A DNA stretch of 64,000 nucleotides from Dehalococcoidia bacterium (GTDB lineage Bacteria > Chloroflexota > Dehalococcoidia > DSTF01 > WHTK01). Both the position numbers and the translations under genes were made by a program. Every line of letters begins with the position of its first letter. Within the stretch, counting starts at the first letter, position 1. The notes beneath the pieces are model-generated. The model did no database searches. It had not been told where the DNA came from and saw only the letters and a list, made by a program, of their open reading frames with translations. Below, one piece after another: positions 28,519 to 36,338 of this stretch. The stretch covers positions 837,664 to 901,663 of the forward strand of contig OZ252017.1 in NCBI GenBank assembly GCA_965247485.1, written 5' to 3'.

Positions 28519-29097
28519 TTGGACTTCTCTCGCAAACCAGTCATTGGCTGCATCCACCTTCTGCCGACTCCAGGCTCTCCAGAATACGATGGTGACATGG
28601 CAAGGGTGTCCAATCTTGCACTCGAGGAAGCCGCCATTCTCAGAAGGTGCGGCGTCGACGCGCTCATTGTTGAGAACTTCCGGGACGGACCCTTCTTTCC
28701 AGAAGCTGTTCCAGTAGAGACGGTCGCCGCTATTTCAGGTGTCGCCCGCGAGATCGTGATGACAGGGGACGTACCCGTAGGTATAGCCGTTCTTCGCAAT
28801 GACGCCGAAGCCGCGATAGCGATAGCAACGGCAGTAGGCGCACAGTTCGTTCGTATAAACGTGCATATAGGCGCCGTGCTCGCGGAGCAAGGAATCGTTC
28901 AGGGCCGAAGTTTCGCGAGTATGCGATTACGGGCTAATCTACGCTCAAATGTTGCGATTTGGGCTGATGCGCGGGTCAAGCACTCCTTCCCTTTCGTATA
29001 TTCGAGTATCTCACAGGAGATTCGTGATCTAAACGGAAGAGCAGACGCAATTCAGCCCTGCGGTCCGCACTGGGCGCCTCTAAAGGCATCGCACTGA
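28519..29097 (+). CDS. BtpA/SgcQ-family (TIM-barrel) protein, C-terminally truncated relative to family (192 aa)
   Basis: PVIGCIHLLPTPGSPEY N-terminal motif and ADARVKH typical of BtpA; family members are usually about 260 aa; possible frameshift near 29065. Confidence 0.5.
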   Translation: MDFSRKPVIGCIHLLPTPGSPEYDGDMARVSNLALEEAAILRRCGVDALIVENFRDGPFFPEAVPVETVAAISGVAREIVMTGDVPVGIAVLRNDAEAAIAIATAVGAQFVRINVHIGAVLAEQGIVQGRSFASMRLRANLRSNVAIWADARVKHSFPFVYSSISQEIRDLNGRADAIQPCGPHWAPLKASH

Positions 29098-29279
29098 ATG
29101 AAGACGCCGGCATTGCGTTAAAGGCACTGCTGGAGGCCCCCTTAGCTCGTCAGGCCCTTGTACGCCGCCACGTCGAACTCCTCCACAATCGGGGAAGAAT
29201 GGCTGCCGGCAGTCCTGATTCTTTTAGAGGCTGAAGAGAAGCAGGCAGAGGCGGAGCGGCTGGACGCAGAGGGCTCGCT

Positions 29280-29585
29280 ATGACTGCTAGTCAACCCACC
29301 GAGACTTTCATCGTTCACGTACAGGACACTGAGACTATGCAGCTCCTCCAGTACCAGGTCGACTTCGGCGCGGCTACCGCAATTCGGGAATTATGCCGGG
29401 CATTGCAGGGTGTAGGCCGGGCTCAAGCCTCCGATGTGGGTGAGGCTCCCGTGACCACTCAGGAGCTTCTCCAGCTCCACGTTGAGGCTCTCCTGACGGT
29501 CCCCGAAGAATGGCTGGAATCGGCGCTGATCCAACTGGAGTCATGGGCCAAGATCGCCGGCGACTACCAGCCAGACACGGGCTAA
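29280..29585 (+). CDS. hypothetical acidic protein (101 aa)
   Basis: ORF with decent codon periodicity; no motif. Confidence 0.35.
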   Translation: MTASQPTETFIVHVQDTETMQLLQYQVDFGAATAIRELCRALQGVGRAQASDVGEAPVTTQELLQLHVEALLTVPEEWLESALIQLESWAKIAGDYQPDTG

Positions 29586-29647
29586 GGCCAGGCGTATAGT
29601 CGAAGGAATGACCGCGGGCGAAAACAAGACAGGCCTAATGAGACAAA

Positions 29648-29962
29648 ATGGACACGCCAAAGGAGTTCCCAGAAGAGCTGCTGCCATATCTGGAGCAGTT
29701 GGCGTCTGAGGACCGAGAGCGCCTGCTCGCAGAATTCGAGCGCGACATTCACGTAGAAGAGGCAAGGGCTCTAACGGGCGACAAGCTGGCGAACGAACTA
29801 GAGCGGCTGATAGCTATGGTGAAACTGCTCTCGCTCTTGAAGAAGCAAGAGGGCCCGGAAGCGCTCCGGTTGTTTAGTGATCGCGTCGGACTTTTACCGG
29901 GGCAGCTTGAGGCTCGGCTTAATGACCTCGACGACATTGAGCATATATGGGATGCGCAATAG
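29648..29962 (+). CDS. hypothetical acidic helical protein (104 aa)
   Basis: Glu/Leu-rich, predicted helical; no motif. Confidence 0.35.
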   Translation: MDTPKEFPEELLPYLEQLASEDRERLLAEFERDIHVEEARALTGDKLANELERLIAMVKLLSLLKKQEGPEALRLFSDRVGLLPGQLEARLNDLDDIEHIWDAQ

Positions 29963-30204
29963 GGCCCCCAGGGGACCTCGAAAACCTTAGAGCAAACGGC
30001 CTTGGAACCGCTGGCGAACCACTTTCCGGCTATTTATGAATTCCAAATGTTTTTAGAAAAGGTTTGCAGTGCCCACTTTCGCCACCTTTTGACCGCCTAT
30101 CTGACCGCCAGACGCAGCGGAACTATGCGGTCTCTAGCGGCCTAGATGGTAGAATCTGAATCTAGATGCGGCCCTTAGCGGTTTTGAGCGGAGCCTTAGA
30201 GGAA

Positions 30205-30229
30205 GTTCAATTCCCCCTGGCCGCTCCAG
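30205..30229. repeat. attR core: second copy of 25-bp direct repeat GTTCAATTCCCCCTGGCCGCTCCAG
   Basis: Exact match to 17847-17871. Confidence 0.7.
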
Positions 30230-30335
30230 ATTTTGCCCAACCGCGCTGATCTTAGGCACGGTCTAGCCATTCCAACATCGCGTCGGATCTTGGCGCGGCC
30301 TGGCTCTACCAGCCAGCGAGGACGCGCAACCGATC

Positions 30336-31523
30336 ATGACCACAGATAACGAAGACGAGGACGATTCCCAACAGCAAGAACCGCTCAGCGCTGACGGCGA
30401 AGAACCCGGCGCGTTAGAACCGCTTGAGCCGGCCAAGCTCCGCCCGGGCGGGCCGGTCGCACGTCGAATTTATACCTCCGGCCGTCCGGAACTCGACCAA
30501 CTCGTGGCCGAAATCTTGCGCGAACTCGAAACCGGCGCTGCCCCGACCGAGGCAGCACCGATCAGCACCGCGACCCTTGAGTTGGCGCGGGAGATGCTAA
30601 CCTCCTCTCTTCGACTCGTTTTGCAGCACGCCACCCGGGCAGAAATAAAACTTGTCAACGCCGCCCTCAAGGAGTTCGCCTACTCCTTCCGAGTCTTTGC
30701 CCCCTACCGCGACCTGCCCAAGGTCAGCATCTTCGGCTCGGCCCGAGTCGCTCCCGGCGAGCCGGCCTACCTCGCGGCTCGTGATTTCGCCATTGCCATC
30801 GCTGCCAAGGGTTGGATGGTTATAACCGGCGCCGGTCCCGGGATCATGGCCGCCGGCCACGAGGGCGCCGGTGCCAGTCAAAGCTTCGGCGCCAACATTC
30901 AGCTGCCAGCCCTCAACCCGGCTAACGCCTACATCGCCAAAGACGACAAACTGATCAACTTTAAATACTTCTTCACGCGCAAAGTTACTTTCCTCAAGGA
31001 ATCCAGCGCCTTCGTCCTTCTGCCCGGAGGATGGGGAACCCTGGACGAAACGTTTGAGCTGCTGACCCTGATGCAAACCGGCAAAAGCGACCTCCACCCG
31101 GTCGTACTCCTCGAACCGGAGGGCAGCAGCTACTGGCACCGCTGGCTGGAATTCCTACGTGAGGAAGTCCTTCAGCGCGGCTTCATTCTTGAGAGCGATC
31201 TCTCGCTGTTGTGCATCGCCAATAACGCTGAAGAGGCAGTCGACGAAGTAGAGGCCTTCTACCGCAATTATCAATCCGCTCGCTTCGTCGGTGACCACTT
31301 GGTTCTGCGGCTCAAGCAGGCTCCCAGCCCCGCGGCGCTAAGGCGCCTTAATCGTGAATTTACCGACCTCCTGGAGGAGGGTTCTTTTGAAGTAATAGAG
31401 CCGACGGCGCCCGAAAAACGCGACCAGGATTCACTCGACAGTGAACGCCTGGCCTTCTTTCCCAAGCACGCCTACGGCCGGCTGCGCGAACTAATCGATG
31501 TCTTGAACGACCTGACTGAGTAA
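30336..31523 (+). CDS. LOG-family protein (TIGR00730 / Rossmann-fold nucleotide-binding, lysine decarboxylase-like) with N-terminal extension
   Basis: KVSIFGSARV...ITGAGPGIMAAGHEGA...LPGGWGTLDETFELLTLMQTGK motifs. Confidence 0.75.
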   Translation: MTTDNEDEDDSQQQEPLSADGEEPGALEPLEPAKLRPGGPVARRIYTSGRPELDQLVAEILRELETGAAPTEAAPISTATLELAREMLTSSLRLVLQHATRAEIKLVNAALKEFAYSFRVFAPYRDLPKVSIFGSARVAPGEPAYLAARDFAIAIAAKGWMVITGAGPGIMAAGHEGAGASQSFGANIQLPALNPANAYIAKDDKLINFKYFFTRKVTFLKESSAFVLLPGGWGTLDETFELLTLMQTGKSDLHPVVLLEPEGSSYWHRWLEFLREEVLQRGFILESDLSLLCIANNAEEAVDEVEAFYRNYQSARFVGDHLVLRLKQAPSPAALRRLNREFTDLLEEGSFEVIEPTAPEKRDQDSLDSERLAFFPKHAYGRLRELIDVLNDLTE

Positions 31524-31537
31524 AAGCCTCAGCCAAT

Positions 31538-32437
31538 CTAACCCTCAGTCAAGCTCAAGTTGCCCAGTTTTTCTAGGGTTCTAACCAGGGCCTGAGTGCC
31601 CTCTTCACCGCGGCCTTCCGCCTCCAACCCCGCGAATAGCTGGTGCACCAGCGACGTGCCCGGCAAAGGCTGCGTGCTCTCGCGTGCCACCTCTAGTGCC
31701 AGCCTGAGGTCTTTTTGTTGATGCTGAACTTTGAACCCCGGCCGGAAGTCACCCTCCAGCATGCGTGGCGCCAGATTCGTCAGCTGCCAGGATGCCGCGG
31801 CACCATTCTCGACCGCCTCCAGCATCGTCCCAGGAGCAACGCCGGCCTTCTTCGCCAGCATTAATGCCTCGCAGACAGCCAGATTGGTCACCGACACCAG
31901 CACCTGATTGCAAAGTTTGACCGTCTGACCCGAACCAGAAGGCCCGCAATAGGTAATCGTCTTACCCAACACCTCAAAAAGCTCGCGGCAACGCTCGAAC
32001 ACTTCCTGCTTGCCGCCGACCATGATTGTCAAGGTCGCGTTGATCGCTCCCGCCTCGCCGCCGGAGATCGGCGCGTCCAACATCTCGATACCCTGGGCCG
32101 CGTATCGCTCCGCAACCGACTGCGTAACCGCAGGCGAAATCGTCGACATGTCGATGTGAATCAATCCGGGCGCGGCGCCCTCGGCGATCCCCCCGTCACC
32201 CAAGGCAACCTGCTCTACGTCGGGCGAATCGCCAACCACCGTGAACACCACTTTGCTCTGCCGAGCCACATCGGCGGCAGACTCGCCTTCGCGAGCGCCT
32301 TCCTCGACCAGCGCATCAATCCCAGGCCGGCTGCGATTCCAAACCGTCAACTCATGCCCAGCCTTCAGCAAGTGCGTGGCCATCGGCCTGCCCATGATCC
32401 CCAACCCAACGAATCCCAATCTCATCGCCGGCCTCAC
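31538..32437 (-). CDS. NAD(P)-binding 3-hydroxyisobutyrate/2-hydroxy-3-oxopropionate reductase family dehydrogenase
   Basis: N-terminal Rossmann MRLGFVGLGIMGRPMATHLLKAGHELTVWNRS; 6PGDH-type NAD-binding. Confidence 0.8.
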   Translation of the reverse strand: MRPAMRLGFVGLGIMGRPMATHLLKAGHELTVWNRSRPGIDALVEEGAREGESAADVARQSKVVFTVVGDSPDVEQVALGDGGIAEGAAPGLIHIDMSTISPAVTQSVAERYAAQGIEMLDAPISGGEAGAINATLTIMVGGKQEVFERCRELFEVLGKTITYCGPSGSGQTVKLCNQVLVSVTNLAVCEALMLAKKAGVAPGTMLEAVENGAAASWQLTNLAPRMLEGDFRPGFKVQHQQKDLRLALEVARESTQPLPGTSLVHQLFAGLEAEGRGEEGTQALVRTLEKLGNLSLTEG

Positions 32438-32516
32438 CTTTCATCGCTAATCGCAATTTTCTGAACAGAGATCAACTCCAGGCGCCGTCGCAGCCTTCGT
32501 GAAAAACTTCAGTTGA

Positions 32517-32690
32517 TAAGCTCTCACAAGCACCCCTTTTACTGGGGTCTGGGTGTCCCCAGCTTTGGAAGTCCCCCAGTTCTAAAGCCAGCCCCGGCTT
32601 TCAAAGCCAACGCCCCGCAACCCCCTTTAGCGGGGTCTGGGGTGTCCCCAGCTTTAGAAGTCAATAGGTTCGCCAAAGCCACTGCTTTTC
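32517..32690. repeat. about 1.5 copies of the GGGGTGTCCCCA / CTTTCAAAGCCAGCGCCCCG repeat family (same family as 33915-34225)
   Basis: Shared strings ...ctttagcggggtctggggtgtccccagctttagaag... Confidence 0.6.
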
Positions 32691-33821
32691 GAATGCGACT
32701 TTTGCCCAATGCCAAATGATACTCGGCTGCCTTAGCTTGATGCGGCGCTCAGCGGCAAGAAAGTTTCCTTGCGCCAGGGCCGCGGCCCCAGCCCCAACCT
32801 CAAGGAAGCATTTGCCCTCACCATCGTACGGGTCCGGCGCTGGGCCCCCTCGAATCCGGAAGGCAATCTGCCTCGACGCCGCTTTTGCCTGATTCTCGGC
32901 GAAAACGCCTGCCTTTGGCAGCTTGAGCCCATCCGACAGCGTTATTGAGGTGATGTCACCTATGGCGAACACGTTCTCGTGCTGTGTCTCCAAGGTTGCG
33001 GAATCGACTGGTAACCAGCCACTCGAATCGAGCAAATCCGTTGCGCCAATCACCTCCGGAGCCTGATGCTCCGGCACAGCAATCAACAAATCAAACGGCA
33101 CCGGCTCAGCGTCGGCGAAATTGACCACGCGGCCGCGGGGGTCAACGCCGATCAAATTGCGGCCCATGTGGAGCTCGATTCCTTTGTGCGCCAATAAGCC
33201 GGAGATTTCCTCACCGACCCGCGGGCCGGCGACCGCCATCGGACGCTCCTCCGGCGTGTGAATCTCAATCTCCACCTTCTGACGCATTCGGCGGGCGTGG
33301 AAATGCTGCTCTATGAGCATCGCGGCCTCGTACGGCGCGGCCGGGCATTTAAAAGGAACCCCAGCAACCGCAATTACAACCCTGCCTCCGGCAAAATAGC
33401 GCAGACTGGCGGCAAGCCGCTCGGCGCCATCCAGGGTGTAGAAATTCTGCGCCGCTTCCGCCAAGCCAGGTTTCAGATCCAGCGTTGTATCCGCCCCCAA
33501 GGCCAGGATCAAGTAGTCGTATCGAATCTCACGGCTGTCCGCGCGAATCTGGCGGTTCGCAAGGTCAATCTCCCGGACCTCCGCGTTGACAAACTCAACC
33601 CCGTGACGCGCCAGTTGCCCTCTCTGCCTACTGATCTCCTTCGCCTTGCGATCGCCGGTCATGACCCACAGATAGGACGGCGGAAACGAAGCCACAGGAT
33701 CTCGATCGACTACAACGACGCGACACTGCGACCGCACCAAGCGTCGCATCTCCTTGGCCGCCGCTACGCCGCCAATACCGCAGCCAAGAATCAAAACAGT
33801 GGGCTCAGACAAACTCGTCAT
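32661..33821 (-). CDS. FAD-dependent pyridine nucleotide-disulfide oxidoreductase (NDH-2 / sulfide:quinone oxidoreductase-like)
   Basis: N-terminal FAD Rossmann VLILGCGIGGVAAAKE, second GxGxxG-like motif, 386 aa. Confidence 0.7.
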   Translation of the reverse strand: MTSLSEPTVLILGCGIGGVAAAKEMRRLVRSQCRVVVVDRDPVASFPPSYLWVMTGDRKAKEISRQRGQLARHGVEFVNAEVREIDLANRQIRADSREIRYDYLILALGADTTLDLKPGLAEAAQNFYTLDGAERLAASLRYFAGGRVVIAVAGVPFKCPAAPYEAAMLIEQHFHARRMRQKVEIEIHTPEERPMAVAGPRVGEEISGLLAHKGIELHMGRNLIGVDPRGRVVNFADAEPVPFDLLIAVPEHQAPEVIGATDLLDSSGWLPVDSATLETQHENVFAIGDITSITLSDGLKLPKAGVFAENQAKAASRQIAFRIRGGPAPDPYDGEGKCFLEVGAGAAALAQGNFLAAERRIKLRQPSIIWHWAKVAFEKQWLWRTY

Positions 33822-33914
33822 CTATCGACGAGTTTACCAGAAGCCCATCCGCGCTCTGATCGCGACCGACTAGTCAGGCCTGTACACACCCTCTCGACAG
33901 ACAAATCCCATGCC

Positions 33915-34225
33915 CTTCAAAGCCAGCGCCCCGTTACCCCCTTTACCGGGGTCTGGGGTGTCCCCCAACTTTCAAAGTCCGGTTTGGGGTGTCCCCAGTT
34001 CTAAAGCCAGCCCCCAGGTTTCAAAGCCAGCGCCCCGTTATCCCCTTTGGCGGGGTTTGGGGTGTCCCCAACCTTCAAAGTCCAGTTTGGGGTGTCCCCG
34101 GCTTTAGAAGCCTCCCCAATTTTCAAAGCCAGCGCCCTTTACCCCCTTTAGCGGGGTTTGGGGTGTCCCCAACTTTCAAAGCGTGTCCCCCCCCCAACTT
34201 TCAAAATCCCCCCGGGCATCAACAT
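33915..34225. repeat. tandem array: 3 copies of an about 105-bp unit (each with two GGGGTGTCCCC(A)ACTTTCAAAG sub-repeats) immediately upstream of the oxidoreductase gene
   Basis: Units at about 33915-34020, 34020-34125, 34125-34225; roughly 85-90 percent identity by eye. Confidence 0.7.
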
Positions 34226-34280
34226 AAACCCACACCTTCTGCTATCTTTGCTAAATTCCAGCGGAAAACGGGAGGCACGA

Positions 34281-34730
34281 ATGACCCACGAACACCACGA
34301 TGACGACCTCGACCACTATATGGATCATGAACTCCACCCTCGCCATTTCTTTGGCGTTCTGCCTGTCTTTCTCGTTGACGACATCGTGCAGACCGTCGAA
34401 TACTACCGTGACGTCCTCGGTTTTGAAGTCGACTTCCTTTATGGCACACCACCCGCCTACGCCAGCGTTTCGCGCGACGACGCGATCATCAATTTCAGCC
34501 GGTCTGAACCTTCCGGCCGCCGCAACAGCATCACCAACGCGGGCACCGGCAACGGCACAGACGCCTACATCGTCGTCAGCGACATTGATGAAATCTTTGA
34601 CGAAGTGAAGTCTCACGGCGCCAAAATCGTGACTAATCTGGTCAACCAGGATTACGGAATGCGCGAATTTCAGATCGAGGACTGCAACCAGTATCGTCTT
34701 GCCCTTGCCGAGGAAACCGATGAAATCTAG
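34281..34730 (+). CDS. glyoxalase/bleomycin-resistance (VOC) family protein with His/Asp-rich N-terminus
   Basis: VOC-fold pattern FGVLPVFLVDDIVQTVEYYRDVLGFEV ... DAYIVVSDIDEIFDEVKSHGAKIV; ATG 34281 with GGAGG RBS. Confidence 0.65.
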   Translation: MTHEHHDDDLDHYMDHELHPRHFFGVLPVFLVDDIVQTVEYYRDVLGFEVDFLYGTPPAYASVSRDDAIINFSRSEPSGRRNSITNAGTGNGTDAYIVVSDIDEIFDEVKSHGAKIVTNLVNQDYGMREFQIEDCNQYRLALAEETDEI

Positions 34731-34756
34731 ACCCGCCTGCACCTATTGATCGAGCG

Positions 34757-35107
34757 ATGAGTGAGACCGAATTAGCCGAACGCAAATGCCAGAACCTGCC
34801 GGCCGGCGCGCTGGTACTCGAGCCCAAAAGCATCGAACATCTTTTGCTGGCTGTCGATGGTTGGCACCTGAGCAAGGACGGTAATTCAATTAGACGCACT
34901 CTGGAGTTCGAGGACTTCACCTCAGCGATCAGCTTTGTAAATGGCGTAGCCAGCCTCGCGGAAGCCGAACAGCACCACCCGAACATTAGGATTCATTCCT
35001 ATCGTCGGGTGACCCTAGAGTTTTCAACCTTCTCAATTGGCGGGTTGTCCGAAAACGACTTCATCATGGCCGCGAAGCTCAACCGGACCCTCGCTGCACC
35101 CGAGTAA
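34757..35107 (+). CDS. pterin-4a-carbinolamine dehydratase
   Basis: W.L..DG.SIRRTLEFEDFTSAISFVNGVASLAEAEQHHPNI...RVTLEFSTFSIGGLSENDF pattern of PCD/DCoH. Confidence 0.8.
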   Translation: MSETELAERKCQNLPAGALVLEPKSIEHLLLAVDGWHLSKDGNSIRRTLEFEDFTSAISFVNGVASLAEAEQHHPNIRIHSYRRVTLEFSTFSIGGLSENDFIMAAKLNRTLAAPE

Positions 35108-35114
35108 TCTTGGC

Positions 35115-36338
35115 CTAAATCGCATCCCCACCATCAGAGATCAGCGTGCGGCCGGTCAGCCGATAGTAATGTCGCTCCATCACCAACATGTTGGCCTCAA
35201 GCCGGCCCTCTGCCGCAACCTTCGCCCGGTTGGACTCCAGCACAGAGCGACGTAGCTCCTCGTCCGAAAAAGAACGGGCCAGCGCCGTGGCAAGCCCATT
35301 GACATCACCTGCCTTTACCCTCAAACCATTCACTCCATCGCTAATGAAGCCGTCCTGGCTTGGCAGGTCACTGACGATCGGAAAGCAACCCGCGGCCATG
35401 GCCTCCATCGTGCTGACAGCCAACGAATCGGAGACCGGCACAGAAGCATAGATCTGAGCACTCGCCAACGCCGCCTTCAGGCTCCCAGGGTCCAGCGTGC
35501 CCAGAAACTGAACCGCCTCACCAAGCCCGAGTTCAGCCGCGAGAGCTTCCAAGCGCCGCCGTTGGCTGCCGTCGTGCGCCACAAGCAGGCGCGCCTTTGG
35601 CAAGCGCGGCAAAAATTGCGCAAACGCTCGCAGCACGACATCGACCTTGTACAACGGCTCTAGTGCCCGATCGCTAATTAGCGTGGGCCGGTGGTCACCG
35701 GCCATTTCGTTTACCGAAGCCGGGGCAGGCGACAAAAAGAGGTCATGAACCCCCAACCGCACCAATTGCGCCCGTCCCTCGTTCACTCCGAGAGCCATCG
35801 CCCGATCTGCCAAAGCCGGATCGTTGGCGGTCACGAGGTCAGCCCGTCCCAGCGTCCATTTGGCGAACAAGTGGCCCATTGGCTTGTAAGAATCGACCAA
35901 CAGGTCTGAACCCCACGCACTGACGACATAGGGATGGAACCCGGCCAGGGCTCCGTAGAAACCATGCTCAACAGCGTAGTGAGCGTGGAAAATATCCGGC
36001 GATATTTCCCTCAGCTCGCGGCCCAAGCCGGCGCGTAGGTAGCGGGCGCCGTCAAGCGGCCGGCGCACTGACGGCGGCAGTCTCCGCGCCAACGAACGCC
36101 AGGTTGCCCTCTGTTCGGAGCCTTCACCGGGCGCTGCAAGAGCGGATGGCGCGGCTCGTTCTTGCAGCGCGTGCACCTTGACTCCCGGCAATTCGACCCG
36201 CGGCCGATAGTAGGAGATCGCGTGAACCTCGTGGCCACGCTCGACAAAAACTCGCAGCCAGCGGCGCGTGTGCTGGCTCTCAAAGTCACCCAAGAATGCA
36301 ATGCGTAGTGGCGCTCCGGGCAGTTCTACATCGCTCAT
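35115..36338 (-). CDS. glycosyltransferase family 4
   Basis: C-terminal GT-B motif EAMAAGCFPIVSDLPSQDGFISDGVNG (E-x7-E region). Confidence 0.75.
   Translation of the reverse strand: MSDVELPGAPLRIAFLGDFESQHTRRWLRVFVERGHEVHAISYYRPRVELPGVKVHALQERAAPSALAAPGEGSEQRATWRSLARRLPPSVRRPLDGARYLRAGLGRELREISPDIFHAHYAVEHGFYGALAGFHPYVVSAWGSDLLVDSYKPMGHLFAKWTLGRADLVTANDPALADRAMALGVNEGRAQLVRLGVHDLFLSPAPASVNEMAGDHRPTLISDRALEPLYKVDVVLRAFAQFLPRLPKARLLVAHDGSQRRRLEALAAELGLGEAVQFLGTLDPGSLKAALASAQIYASVPVSDSLAVSTMEAMAAGCFPIVSDLPSQDGFISDGVNGLRVKAGDVNGLATALARSFSDEELRRSVLESNRAKVAAEGRLEANMLVMERHYYRLTGRTLISDGGDAI

Larger units (their letters stand above)
17847..30229. mobile_element. ~12.4-kb tRNA-integrated element (PICI-like phage satellite / degenerate prophage) delimited by 25-bp direct repeats
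   Basis: Contains int, xis-like, primase-helicase, terS P27 and no capsid/tail genes; att repeats; lower-GC cargo; IS481 remnant. Confidence 0.7.

Noticed and set aside
33915-34225. Possible CRISPR array
   Set aside because: Repeat units abut each other with no unique spacers, units are imperfect and about 105 bp with internal sub-repeats, and no cas genes are nearby.
33910-34303. ORFs 33910-34107 and 33989-34303 encoding Pro/Gly/Val-rich peptides
   Set aside because: They are translations of the GGGGTGTCCCC tandem DNA repeat, not genes.
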